In this document: positions 1-12,574 of the stretch, piece after piece
How the letters are laid out: the number at the start of each line of letters is the position of its first letter
Position numbering within the stretch: position 1 is the stretch's first letter
Origin: Vicugna vicugna
Lineage: Eukaryota
DNA: 64,000 nucleotides
Reading direction: 5' to 3'
Assembly: GCA_013265495.1 (NCBI GenBank)
Contig: MU058584.1
Coordinates: forward strand, 6,228,407 to 6,292,406
The notes under the pieces: generated by a model
Database searches by the model: none
Told to the model about the DNA's origin: nothing
Seen by the model: the letters and a program-made list of their open reading frames with translations, nothing else
Position numbers and translations under genes: made by a program

Positions 1-439
1 GTTAGTGAACTCTAAAAAGTGACATAATTGAGACAAAATCATTTCTCTCCTTTCCTTGGGTTCGTGAAAGGTCAGAGGAAACAAATTTACTCATTCATTT
101 ATTTAGTTATTTTATAATTAAAGTATTTCTATTTTATGAAATATTGATATTTGATTATACCAACTAATACTTATTAGGACCCTGATATAAATGCTACTGT
201 AAAAGTAAATAAATTATTAGAGTAATGTCTACCTAGGAGAAGAATTTGACGTGGTATAGCCAGTTAAGAGTCAGTTGTGAGCCTTGTTTGAAGATCTCTC
301 ATTACAAGGCATAAGACTGGAAGCCAGCATCTGTATGACCACTTGTAGAGCAAAGCTAATTGCTGTGTTCCTTTTCAGCTACCCAGTGATTAAGCTCCAT
401 CTTCAAATGCCCATTAGCTCTTGAGGATATTTAGCAGGA

Positions 440-720
440 ACAAAATGTCTGTGACATGCTAAGAAGAAAAATAAAACAGGGTAAGGGGACAAAGAGTTAG
501 GGGGTAGGGGCCCTCAGATAAGGTGATATTTGAACAGAGATCTTTAATTGGAGCGAAGGAGTGAGCCTTGTGAAAACCTAGGGGACAGTGTCCTGGGCAG
601 AGAGAGCAACCTGGTCAAAGGCTTTGAGACTGGAGTGGGCTTGGTGTGTTTCAGAAACAGAGTGGAAGCCAGCATGGCTGGAGCTGGTTGAGCCAGAAAC
701 AGGTAAAAGATAAGAGAAAT
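440..720 (-). mobile_element. L2 (LINE2) fragment
   Basis: Purine-rich text typical of antisense L2 (gataaggtgatatttgaacagagatct...gaaggagtgagcc...ttggtgtgtttcagaaacagagtggaagccagcatggctggagc); recognised by eye. Confidence 0.7.
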
Positions 721-1712
721 AATCCTAGTTTCCTTTCCTATCCAATTAAGATGTTTTTACTTTCTCTACTCAGTTGTTGTGAGCACTTAAAGTTTGAGCA
801 CAGCGTTTGTAAAGTGATTACTAGACTGTTTCTCACATACTAAGTACTGATGGTAGCACTGTGGGGTGGGCGTCACAAACTCCACGTTTGCTCCAAACTC
901 CTCCTCCATCCTTCCAATAGCTCCAGCAAAAAATTCATATTATTCAAAAAGACAAAATAAATATTTTATTTTAAAATTACAGCCTAATTTCTAATTGAGT
1001 GAATTTTCTTGACTCTGTTAGCGATGATTTTCTTCAGCCCCAAATTAGTTTCTAGACTTTCTGGTTTATTCCATTTTGATTTGTGTGGTCAGGCATCATC
1101 CTCTCCCTAACCTCCCATTATTTCTCTGGATCCGTGTTCTGACTCTGGCCGACCTAATCACTCTAACATAAAGAACTCTTGCAGATTTTTAAGGAAGTTT
1201 TTCACATATAGAAAGTAATAAAAAGTATTAATTTCCTTTTCAGATTATTTAAATGGATCATAAAACAGCCTAATTTACTGAGCTTACGTTTCCTTGTGTC
1301 CCAAACCATCAAGAGAGGGTGTATGGTCTGGGGGTACTGACGCATTTATGCACACTGGTGGTCTGAAGGTTTAATGTCTCTTCCTGGAGTAATTAATTTA
1401 AAGCAGGGCAAGACTGAAACAACATTATTATTTCATTTCAAGTGCATCTGGAAATTCAGAGACTGAGCCCTTGTTTAGCTCTGTTGAAGAAGAAGAAATA
1501 CATGTTCATAAGGTTGACCTATTATTAGAGCATTTCTGCAATTGCCCCTCCCAACCCCATACTCAGGAGGCAAAGCTCATGGTGTCACTTTGAACAGGGG
1601 ACAGGAGGGAGCATTGTCATTTGTGTTTTGTTGGTGAGGTGTGGACTCAGAGAGCAGAGCAAATGGGGTTTAGAGAAGCATGAAGCGTCTACAAGTTGAG
1701 AAATTAAACAAA

Positions 1713-2762
1713 AGCTGAGGATTTACTTTAAAATAGGAAAGAAATTCCCTCACGTAACTTTTAAAGATGGACCATATTACAAACACTACAAAATCAAGAA
1801 AAAGAGCATACTCTTTTTAAATAATTGACTGCCTGCCACACCACTATGTTTTCTTCATATTTTTTTTGACGGCATACTCTTTCATTGCCTTTTCATATTA
1901 AAATGATTTTATAACATTTTCTACAGAAAAAATAGAAAAATATCTGTCTCTCTTTTTAGCTTAGTTGACTGAAACTTTTTTTTTGTTATGCCTGGTTTGC
2001 ATGAATACAATGGTGGCTTGATCTACAGACATACTCACTGTTTTCCATATTGCTTCCAGCTTGTGCTCAACAATCACAGGAATTTTAACAATTCTAGTAT
2101 TCTATTTCTCACAATTTCCATTAAAATGGAAAAGATAATGTATGATGTGTCTCTAACCATATCTGCTGTGTTATATTCCCGTCAGGAGAGAAGCTTAAAA
2201 GTTTATGCCATGGTGATCGGAACTGGTTTCTTCACACTAGTTTCTGGCTTCTTACATTTCACACTCCCTTTCTCTTCCATTCTTCATGTTGTCCCAACAT
2301 TGGAACCACAGAACGTGTTCACACCGCAGTAGGACCGCCAGCCCTGTGCCTTTGTGTAATAACACTGGGAAGAAGGCCTAAGTGTCAGTAAGGGCAGCCT
2401 GGATCCTGTTTCCACACCAGCATGGCTGGAAATAACTTTGGACATATGGAAGTGACTGCAAACCCATCATTTTAGCCCCCTAAACCCAAACCAAATCTAT
2501 TTCTAACTCAATTTCCCCTTGGCGGGACACCCCCAAATGCTCATGCTCCCCCTAATGCCACTCCACTGGAGGGGAAGTGTATGGGAGGAAAATCCAGAAT
2601 GGAAAGAGACAGTGGCATTAACAGATTGTGGTTAAAATATCTTAACTTTTGCAAATTTCACAAAGGCATACGTGGCCTCCCAGGGCCTTTGGATGAAGCC
2701 CATGCAGCTGAGCTGGCGCCTAGAAGTTTCTGTCATTAACTTCAGTGTAAATCTTCCTCCAG
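1713..2762 (-). mobile_element. Non-autonomous hAT DNA transposon remnant, MER69/Arthur1-like
   Basis: Degenerate terminal inverted repeats (gctgaggatttact at ~1713; gtgtaaatcttcctccag at ~2745-2762). The right end resembles the reverse complement of the MER69 terminus as I recall it. Family assignment not verified. Confidence 0.5.
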
Positions 2763-3348
2763 CTGTGAAATATAAATACAGGGTTTTACTCTCTCACCTT
2801 ACATTTACAAGGGCACTAGGAAGAGCCAAGTCTATTCAAAACTAGTTCTTCACTGGAATTTAGTGGGTAATACTTCTAATTAGCTAATGAAATCAGACAT
2901 TATCCATAACTTTGTTCCAATAGTTTATTCATAAAATGCAATAGGGACTTTTAGGGAGAATTGAATGACTGAGCTAAAATAACCATGGGAAGAGTAAAAT
3001 TAATTTGCGTTCTATCTATCTAACTAATGATAGAATTCCTTTCCATGGACATTGTATAATACACCCTCATGGTTTTAATTTTCATTTCCCCCACTTTCCC
3101 CCATGTTTCATCTTTTTTTCTTTGCATTTTTTTCACTTTTTTTTTCTTTCATCTTCACTGTTTCCTGTTCCTTTCTAAGGTATTAGGGTTTCTTTGCAAT
3201 GGTGTTGGTTCGAAAATACATTCTGAGAGAATTAGTTCTTGGTTTTATGTTTCTGACAGATGAGGTAAAACCTGGGGAAGGGAAGAGCAAATCGGGTAGA
3301 CTAGGGTACTGAGATTTGAGTCATGCTCCTCTGCAGAGATTAAGGTAA

Positions 3349-3788
3349 TGTTTCAGTCAGTCCTGGCTGCTGTAACAGAATACCGTAGACTGGGTGGCTT
3401 AAACAAACATTTATTTCTCCCATTCTGGAGGCTGGAAAGTCCAAGCTCAGGGTGCCAGCATGGTCAGCTTCTGGTGAGGACTCTCATCCTGGTTTGCAAA
3501 TGGTTGTCCTTTTGCTGTATTCTCTCATGACAGAGAGTGAGAGAGAGGGAGAGAAGGAAGGAAGGAAAGAAAGAAAAGGAAAGAAAGGAAGAAAAAGAAA
3601 GAAAGAAAGAAAAAGGGAGACACACACTCAGATCATTTGTCCCTCTTTTAAAGTTACTAATACCATCATAAGGGCTCCACCCTCCTGATCTAATTACCTC
3701 CCAAAGTCCTCACCTCCAAATATGGTCACATTGAGGATTAGGGGTTTCACATATGAGCAGGGTGAGCACAAGCCCTCGGTCCCTAGCA
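3349..3788 (-). mobile_element. MaLR solo LTR, MLT1A-like
   Basis: ggctgctgtaacagaataccgtagactgggtggcttaaacaaacatttatttctc...ggaggctggaaagtccaag...taattacctcccaaag...ccctagca; TG...CA ends. Confidence 0.85.
3530..3628. repeat. GA-rich/(GAAA)n simple repeat inside the MLT1A LTR
   Basis: Direct reading: gagagagggagagaaggaaggaaggaaagaaagaaaagg...gaaagaaagaaaaaggg. Confidence 0.9.
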
Positions 3789-3816
3789 CATAGGTAGGCA
3801 ATGCAGGGGGAAAGTA

Positions 3817-3843
3817 CACACACACACACACATACACACACAC
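3817..3843. repeat. (CA)n microsatellite
   Basis: acacacacacacacacatacacacacac read directly. Confidence 0.9.
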
Positions 3844-4859
3844 GGATAACACTTGCATCCCATCAGCTCCCAGATCTTTGTGCTGTCATACCTGGGTCTG
3901 AGTCTCTTCTGTTCATAAATACTCTTTCGACCACTTTCTGTATTTCTTTTTTCTTACTCAGATCTGTCTGTGATGTATATTTTAACCAGATTTCATTTAG
4001 ATAGGATGTTGGTACTCTGCTGCTAGGCATAGTATTTCGTTGGCTACTGGCATTTGGTTGAACATATGGGACGCACAAGGTTAATCCAGTCACTTGGAAT
4101 TACTGGAATCTCTTCTGGATGAAGTGTACCCTATGGAATCCATTTATGTTTTCTTGCCATTTTGGAAATTAAGCTCCACTTAGACCAGAAGGAAAAGAGG
4201 CTACTTTGACTGATTGATTTTTTGTGAGAACCTTCAGGTGGGAAGTGGAAGGACAAGACACATTTCCTATAAGAACAAAAAATACCACATAGCATTTCCC
4301 CTACCTGTCTGATTTCTTTCTGTTAGGAACGTAAGTTTCACAGGGAAAGCATGTTCTCCTTATCAGGGCCTTCTTTGTTTTCCTCATGTCCCTTAAAATA
4401 ATTTTGATTCCAGTCCCCGCTTGCACATTTTACTATTCATGCTAAAATGTTTGATCATAAATGCATACAGTTTCAAAGGATATAATTTCAGGCACGTTTA
4501 AATTGAAATTTTAAAGTGAAACTGTTACCTCACTTTCAAATGTGTCTATTTTCGAGATACATTTTTAAAGGCATATAAATTACTTCTTTAACAGTTAGAC
4601 ATTTTTCACCGTTCTCTTTTCTCCTCAAAATTGTATTTTCATTCCATTTCCTCCACAGAATTTTATACCCATTTAGTCTATTTTTCTGTTTAAATATCTT
4701 TTACTGGTTACCCTTTCATATGCTGATGCAACAAAAATAACAAAATTTCTGTTTTTTTCTTAAATAATCTCCATAGTGAAGAACTTCATGTCTAGGTTTA
4801 AATTCCTTCTGTTACAATTTTAACTCAGCCTAGAAGTTTGCAAAAAAGAACATAAATTT

Positions 4860-5076
4860 AGGAGTTTGAGATTTACAAATGTTAACCACTATATATAAAA
4901 ATAGATTTAAAAGAAAAGTTTCTTCAGTATAGCACAGGGAACTATGTTCAATATCTTTTAATAACTTTTAATGAAAAAGAATATGAAGATGAATATGTGT
5001 ATGTATATGCATGACTAGGACATTGTGCTGTACACCAGAAATTGACATATTATAATTGATTATATTTCAATTAAAA
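4860..5076 (+). mobile_element. 5'-truncated L1 3' UTR insertion with TSD
   Basis: L1 3' UTR motifs (gtatagcacagggaactatgttcaatatc...tgtgctgtacaccagaaattgacat) and A tail. Flanked by aaaaaagaacataaattt (4842-4859) and aaaaaagaagataaattt (5077-5094), 1 mismatch. Confidence 0.9.
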
Positions 5077-8000
5077 AAAAAAGAAGATAAATTTTCAGTA
5101 ACAGACTTCTAACAGCTAAAATTTTCTCCTGTATTATCACTACAGTTATTTTGCATATGCAAATGATCAAAACCACCATACATGAACTCAAATTTTTATA
5201 ATTATTGCATATGAAAAATAAAATTGCATTGGGAATGCATTTCACTGTGTGATAGGTGGTGGAGGTTTATGGTATTTTGATCAAAGGAAGTGACACAAAT
5301 ATTTAAAATTGTTCCTTTGACACCCCAGAAACTGTTACATATTAGAACCATACCTGGCACCAGTAGGGATGGGAGACAGGTTTCTTTTGTCAAGTGGGAG
5401 ACAGGCTATGGCCAGAGGAAGTGGGAAGGAGAAGGGCTATAAATATTTCATTGAAGACATCAACTAGGCAAATTACTTTTAGGAAAGGGTAGATACAGAA
5501 GCTGAGTATCTGGAAATTGATTTCCTTAAAACTGTGTTTGCATATCTTCCGAAAAGCTATGTGTACTCCAAAGAGTAAGTATATCTATTTGAAAAAGCTA
5601 CCCTATGTACTTCTTAAAATAGTCCACAATCATTTTCCCCAGAGGAATAAGAGATAAGAGTGCAGAAAGAGGGAAGTGGGGACGACTACAGACAGCTTTT
5701 TGAGGCCTTTGCAATGGGAAACAGCACAGTGGGAGAGCCTCTTTTTAGACAAGTTTTAATCTTTAGGAATTCTGATTGAATTTCATTTTGATTACAATCA
5801 TTTGATTTCTGTTGCCAAATATTCTCTGCTTTTGGAGAATTAAATGCCTTTTAAATTATTCTATTTAAATTTTGTGTAATAACTGAAGCTACCAATCTCA
5901 GCTCCAGTGTCTTCTAATTTACGCTCACACAGGAGACCCTACTGACTATAAAATACCACAGATTGTCACTTACAAACAAGAGAAGAAAATATGGAGGAAA
6001 CTCCCAAACAAAATGCAGCAGGTTAATGCACACTGACAAATGTCACCCACTTAAAATTGCTTCTAGAATAAGTTCATGATTTACTTCAAAAGCCTTAAAT
6101 AGATGAAAAATTTCAATAATCCTATTCACTTTTTAAATATATTTTAATCTGTTTTTTCAATTTATAAATTTATTTTATTTATATTTATTATTAATTTTAT
6201 ATGTAATAAATAAATGTATACTTAAAAATAAATAAGATGTTATTTACTCACTATTTTTCTCTGGAAAAAGGTATATACATGTGGACATCAATAGATAGCT
6301 TTTACAAAAGAGGTTAGAATAATGATTTCACATTTATAAAGGCACATAGGAAACATTTTACAGCAGTGGCAAGGGCAATGAGAATGTAAACAACATGCAG
6401 CTAGGACCAATGTCTAAATAAGACTTTATAAAACAGAGAAAAGTGCAAAAACTTCACCTCATAATTGCATATGAAACTGGCAAGCAAAACTTATTTACTG
6501 ATATAAAAAAACAGAACAGCATGCCTAATTTTTTGTAAGGCTTTTAACATTAATTGAGAGGGAGTCTACACTAAATTATAAATTTATAATAAATTTAAGT
6601 TTATAATGTACTTTTTTAGTTTATTCCATTTATTTTCAATTTATGTTCATTTCAATTTAGCAAATGAACCCTGCCATTCAAACCAAGGAATCAGACTTTT
6701 TACTTCATACTTCAGAGAAGTGTAAGCTAGCGAGGTCTTCCTGGAAAACCAACTATTTGTTTTCAATGATTTGGCACGAGATCTTACGTAGTTTTAATCC
6801 AAAAGCTTCCTGTTGGAGCACCCTGTAGCAAAAGTTCTGACACATTGTGAGAAAAATTGTCCTCGGAGCACTTGGCAACCAGAGCCTCACTCCATGTGTT
6901 ATGTGATGTCCCACCTGGGTTTTAGTTAAACCTGGAAACATCCTTCATCCTGAGGTTAAGTAGCAGACTTGCCTAAGCAAAGCTGGTGACATCAGAGCCT
7001 GATCCCAGGCTTGGAAGTGTGTGGGGGGAAAGGGAAGGGAGAAGGAAGCAAAGGAATGTTGAGGAGTGGAAAATAAAGAAATATGGGGAATACGAGGGGA
7101 AAAAAAGATGTCAAGTGAAAGAAAAAAGAGAGCTGTGTGTGATTGGAGAGGCCAGGGCGGCGCCACCCCTCGGTCTCCCTGCTAGTGACTTCCTTACCTA
7201 AGTCTATTTAGGGAAATTTCCAAAACACAGAGAGGCTCTGTGGGTCTGGCTCTCAGAACTCATGCAACCAATTGTTTTGGGAATAGCCTGGAAATTTCAC
7301 AAGAGAGCTGAATTCTCAAGAGATTGACAGTTTGACCAAAAGATCAAAGGTTTGGTGCAGTGGGGCTAATTTTCAGAAAGCCTTCCAAATTGTGAGGATT
7401 TTCCTCCCTGATATGGCAGTTAAGACATGCGAAAATAGTAATTCGAGGCACTTGTAAGCAGCTTTCCTCTTTGTTCACAGTGTTCCACGAACGTCAGTTC
7501 TCTCCAAACCCATGAAAACAAAGTAGGAGGTCAGGATGATTACACCCAAATCACTGATAAAAGGAGAGAGAAGCACAGAACTATGCAGTGATTTGTTTGG
7601 CTTGCCAAAAAGAGAAAGTTGCATGCCTGGATTACAAATATTGCCTTCAGATCGACAAAGTACGTAAGCAGCGTTGCTGTGCGTGGGTGGGGAGGAAAGA
7701 GGAATTGCGTGATTAAGAGTGAGATGAGCTATAGTCATACTGGGTGGGAAATAAAACCTAAACAGTTATTTGAGATTCTGAGTGCTGAAGATACAAGAAG
7801 CAGATCTAAAAGCCATGCAATGAGACCCCCCCCCCGCCAGATGAGGAAAGTCTGTGATAAAAAGAGGCTAATGCAGCGTGTTGCTATTGAAAACACACGG
7901 GATAACTAATAGCTCTCTCTTGTTTTCATTTGTTTAATTAACAAGATGTGATATAGCTAATCCCAATACTGGTTAGCAACCCCTAATAACCAGGTGGTGC

Positions 8001-9429
8001 TTAATGTTCATTTGGAAGTTAGAGTCTGGACTTAAAAAACCATCTCCCCCAACATTATATAAATCACTGTTTCGGCCACTGAGACTAACTCAGAATGTGG
8101 GGCCGTAGCAACTCTGCAGTTGCACCAGGCTTTCCCGCTCATTGTTTCTGCAGTTTGGATCCGGCTTCACAACCATACCTGGGACTTATTAGGCCAGGAA
8201 GTCAAAAAGTTGGCATGTGTTTTTATTACAGCTAAACCTATCTGGATTTAAAAGGCATTAAATATCTTCTGATTTCTTTCCTTTCCTTCAATTGTGCAAG
8301 AATGTTTTAATTGGGTATTGTAACCGAAAACGTTCACTCTGCATTGATCACCTGGAGATCTGTTTTCAACCCTCTGAAGATTCCCAAATGCAGGCTTTCC
8401 CCTTAAAATTCCTGACGGCAGAGTCTTTAAGCCTGTAAAGATCCATGAGCCCAAGATTTCCTGCTTGGAGTGCTTTTGGCCTCGGTCATCCAGTTTAGTT
8501 CTCTCCATTGTTCAGTTACCCGGATAATAGCCAGACCCTGGTTTCCTCTCATGGCTTGTGCATAAAGTCATCTTTACCCTCATTAATGAAAATGGGAATT
8601 CAAATTATTTACACAGGATTCAGTCTACTCCTACATATCTCCTTCCCATCATAATTTAAGCATCTTAAACGGGATACACGGAGCTCATCCTGAGGCTGAC
8701 TGGCTAGGCAGTGGTGAAGGGCTTAAATGACAAAAGAGCAGTTAAAGGACAGGCTCAACTTCATCATCATCTCAATTTCACACTGAGCAGCACCAGCACG
8801 ATTATCAGCTCCCACTGCAATGAAATTAAGATAGTTTTTTCCAGAAGGAGTTAGCATGCAGCCATAGTAAATTTACAATGGAAGCTTCCAAAAGTGACAT
8901 GTGTTTCTCCTCACTTACTCCACTCATAATTCCAATTAGGAACATGCTGATTAACCCCAGAACAGAATTTCTGGGAGAATCTTACTTCTATTATCCTGAC
9001 TGATTTCATAAACTCAGACAAAAAGGGAGGAACTTATAATTTATTATGGCAAATTATGCAAAGTGAAACCTCTGACGGGCTGTCTCTATAAAAAGATATG
9101 ACTGACCATTATTTTTTTTTTTTCTGGAAGAATGGAGGAGCTCTGAATTCAGATGCTGAATGAACTGGCTGCTTCCAAACTGCCTTGTAGATACAGTCCA
9201 TTCAAGTGGGAAAAAATGCTAAATATCTGGATGAATTTTGTCCGTGTGTTGAGGCATTTTTTTTTACATATATAAAAGCATTTCAGAAGAAAGTAGTGGA
9301 CACAATTCAGTGGAGCACATGCCTCTGAGTGTGATAAACACAGAGGCTTGCGAAGCCAAGATAAAATGGAATGAATGATAAAACAAATGTTTTCCCCAAA
9401 GGTAAGTTGGGTCATAATGTTTATCTGTG

Positions 9430-10525
9430 TTGAACTATCCACCTTTACCCCACCTCTATCAGTGCTGCTCTGGCCAAGCCACCTCACTGAGATCTTTACT
9501 TCCTCTCATTTACCTTGTCAAGCTTCTTCACAGCTACCATGGTAATTAAAAAGAAAAAACTAGATCATGTTCCCCCTTCTTATTTAAAACTTATCAAAAT
9601 TCTCGTTGCATTTTGAATAAAATACAGATTTCTCTCAGATCTCATTTCTTTTTTTTTTAACATTTTTTATCGATTTATAATAATTTTACAATGTTGTGTC
9701 AAATTCCAGTGTAGAGCCCAATTTTTCAATTATACATGAACATATATATATTCACTGTCACATTTTATTCTCTGTGAACTACCATAAGATCTTGTATATA
9801 TTTTCCTGTGCTATACAGTATAATCTTGTTTATCTATTCTACATTTTGAAATCCTAGTCTATCCCTTCCTACCCCCCGCCCCCCTGGCAACCACAAGTTT
9901 GTATACTGTGTCTATGAGTCTGTTTTGTATTTATGTTTTGTTTGTTTTGTTTGTTTGTTTGGTTGTTTAAATTCCACATATGCGCGATCTCATATGGTAT
10001 TTTTCTTTCTCTTTCTGGCTTACTTCACTTAGAATGACATTCTCCAGGAGCATCCATGTTGCTGCAAATGGCGTTATGTTGTCGGTTTTTATGGCTGAGT
10101 AGTATTCCATTGTATAAATATACCACATCTTCTTTATCCAGTCATTAGATCTCATTTCTTATCATACCTTTCTCAATCATTATTCTCCAACGTCACTGAT
10201 CAACTTTCTGCACCCATAAAACATTCCTGCCTTAGGGCCTTTGCATTTCTTAGGCTTAGAAGTTCACTTTTCTCCAAATCTGACCAGGCTAGTGTCCTTC
10301 TAGCAATCAGGGCTCAGTCCTGTCTAGGCATGTCATCAAAAGTAGTCTGCAGATTACTCATTATCATATCATTTTGTTTCATGTTCTTTATGACTCTCAT
10401 TATCTGACATTATCTTTATTTGGTTATGTGCTTAATGCCTTTCTTCCCCACTAGAATGGAAACCCAAAGATCAGAAGCCTGTTTGTCCTGTTCACTGTTG
10501 TATTGCCAGCATTTTGATGCATACA
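9430..10525 (+). mobile_element. L2 3' region, interrupted by an L1 insertion at 9651-10146
   Basis: L2 motifs on both sides of the L1 (agatcatgttccccc...aaaac; cctgccttagggcctttgca; cccactagaatg...tgtttgtcctgttcactgttgtattgccagca). Confidence 0.75.
9651..10146 (-). mobile_element. Young 5'-truncated L1 (ORF2 C-terminus + 3' UTR + poly-A) with perfect 14-bp TSD
   Basis: ORF 9967-10155(-) translates DWIKKMWYIYTMEYYSAIK...AATWMLLENVILSEVSQKEKEKYHM, the conserved L1 ORF2 C-terminus. TSD agatctcatttctt at 9637-9650 and 10147-10160. Confidence 0.95.
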
Positions 10526-10669
10526 GACAGTGCGCGGTCTTCTAAATCAAGATTCCAAATGGCTCATACTTTTGTGGGGGTAGGCTTGTGATCAAGATTA
10601 TATAAGGTCAGGGGTTGATGCTGTGGTCAGGTAGAATTAGGGATGGCCAAGGGGCAGATGGTAAGATCA

Positions 10670-10940
10670 TGGGCAGTGTGATATTGTAGAAAAGTGTGTG
10701 AGCTTGAAATCAGAGCAGAGCTCAGATCTCAGCCTGCCTCTTACTAGTGGTGCGACCTTGGGCAAGGTATTGGTACCTGCAACTTTAGTGAGGCTCACTT
10801 TGCTTACTTATAAAGAATAGGGAACAAACAGCATTTACAAGTAACTGTTTCAGAGTGCTGTGAAGATTAAATGATATAATTTGTGTAAAGTGACTAGGCC
10901 TGTGCCTTCCACATATAGGCTCCCCGTAGGTGGTAAGTTA
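10670..10940 (+). mobile_element. MIR SINE
   Basis: MIR core: cttactagtggtgcgaccttgggcaagg...gtgaagattaaatgatataatttgtgtaaagtg. Confidence 0.8.
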
Positions 10941-10941
10941 T

Positions 10942-11472
10942 TGTGACAGACATTGTTACCTACGCCATGGCTATACGCCACTCTTCCTTGGCAGCAGAGC
11001 CCTAATTTTGTTCGGGGTGGTAATGCCTCAACCCACATGATAAATACTGTCTAATCTAAGACAACCATAAGTAACCTGTTCCCCACTTTCCCAGCCTCCT
11101 CCAACTACAGGTAGTCATGTGATCCAGTTCTTGGTGACAGAACTAAGTAAGGGGAAGTGGGCTGTGTTTGTGTGTGTGTGTGTGAAGAGGGGATGGGAGT
11201 TTCCAGCGATGTTTCTGCTTTTCTAATACAAGGACAGATATCCGTGGTGCGGTATATTACCACCTCCCCCTTTCCTTCCTGCCATGAATGTTGAAGTGAT
11301 GGTTTATGATGGTGTTACAACCTGAAGAGACAGCCTTGCCATTTTTGAGCTACTGAACCAATGCCAGAAGCCATTTACCTGCCCACGTTTTTGTTGTAGG
11401 AAAACAACAATCCCATATTTACTTAAGCCACTGTCAGGTCGCCTGCTATTGAAAGCATCTCTACCTGAGGCA
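10942..11472 (+). mobile_element. MaLR solo LTR, MLT1J-like, with internal (TG)n at ~11163-11184
   Basis: ttcccagcctcc...ggtagtcatgtgatccagttct...gagctactgaaccaatgcc...aacaatcccatatttacttaagccactg; TG...CA ends. Confidence 0.7.
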
Positions 11473-12179
11473 AACATATATGTGTCCATATGTATACATG
11501 TGCGTATAAGCATGCAGAACATTTAACGACAATGGTAGTGAGATATATGTTGCTGGTACCCAAAGTTAACTGGTTCAGTGTCACCTGGATATTTACCAAG
11601 TAAAAGCTGGGATGGGTTGCCAATTTATTTCAGGTCATACCTTAAATATGGTAGAGGTTAAAGATCTGGATTTTAAATTTCAGTCAAGCTGATACTCAGG
11701 ATACCAGTTCCTCAAAAACACTGGCAACATTTTATTGTGGAAAACAATTGCAAGTGTATTTATCTAAAGCCAAGTTTAAAAAGAAATCTGCTTTTTATTT
11801 TCAAAGTTAATCTCATTTTATTTCCTTTTATGAAAACCAAATATATTCTGTTTATATTTTTGGATATTTGAGTAAAGAACGAACAGCATTTACAGAATTC
11901 TGCATTTAAAAAATTATTTTTAGATCTTTAAAATTTAAAGTGTTTATGAGAAAAATGGCTTAAAATAAAACTGACATTTAAACTAAAAATGTTCTATTGT
12001 ACTATGTACTATATAAAATACATCCTGCTATATGAAATATGTTATTAAGGTCTAACATTTTAAAATAATATAATAAATATATTTTAAATTTAAATAAAAA
12101 TAAATATAAGTTTTAAGATAATAAAATAATATAGTTTGAGGTACTTAGATTAACAGTTAACTTTCATCAAAAAAATAAA

Positions 12180-12415
12180 ATGTATGTGCTGTTACTATGT
12201 GCCAGATATTGTTATAAAATCTTTACATTAACTCATTCAGTGTTTTTATTCGTCTTCTCTGTGGATCTGGTACCATTTTATTGTCATTCCCATTTTATGG
12301 CTGTGGATACTGAGGCTTAGAGATGCAGAATAATTCATCCCTGTAGAGCTAAAGTGTGAACCAAGGGAGACTGGCTGTAGATTCGGCTCTCTTGTCCTCT
12401 ACACGCTGTAGCCTC
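12180..12415 (-). mobile_element. MIR SINE
   Basis: ttactatgtgccagatattg...cccattttatggctgtggatactgaggcttagagatg. Confidence 0.8.
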
Positions 12416-12488
12416 CAAAGTTGTATAATGTATCAGACTTCATATAAGCATAGTCACATGACATTGTTAAATTAGGCAAAGCTACATT

Positions 12489-12574
12489 TCTCAACACATT
12501 TCCCCTTCATTCCTTTATCTGGGAATTTAAATCTCAACACATTTCCCGTTCATTCCTTTATCTGGGAATTTAAA
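12489..12574. repeat. 43-bp tandem duplication (2 copies, 1 mismatch)
   Basis: tctcaacacatttccc[c/g]ttcattcctttatctgggaatttaaa at 12489-12531 and 12532-12574. Confidence 0.95.

Noticed and set aside
9967..10155. ORF with clear protein similarity (also 18833-19108, 19184-19426, 34341-34583)
   Set aside because: L1 ORF2 C-terminal remnants in truncated retrotransposons, not host genes.
12489..12574. CRISPR-like direct repeats
   Set aside because: Only two adjacent copies with no spacer, in eukaryotic DNA.
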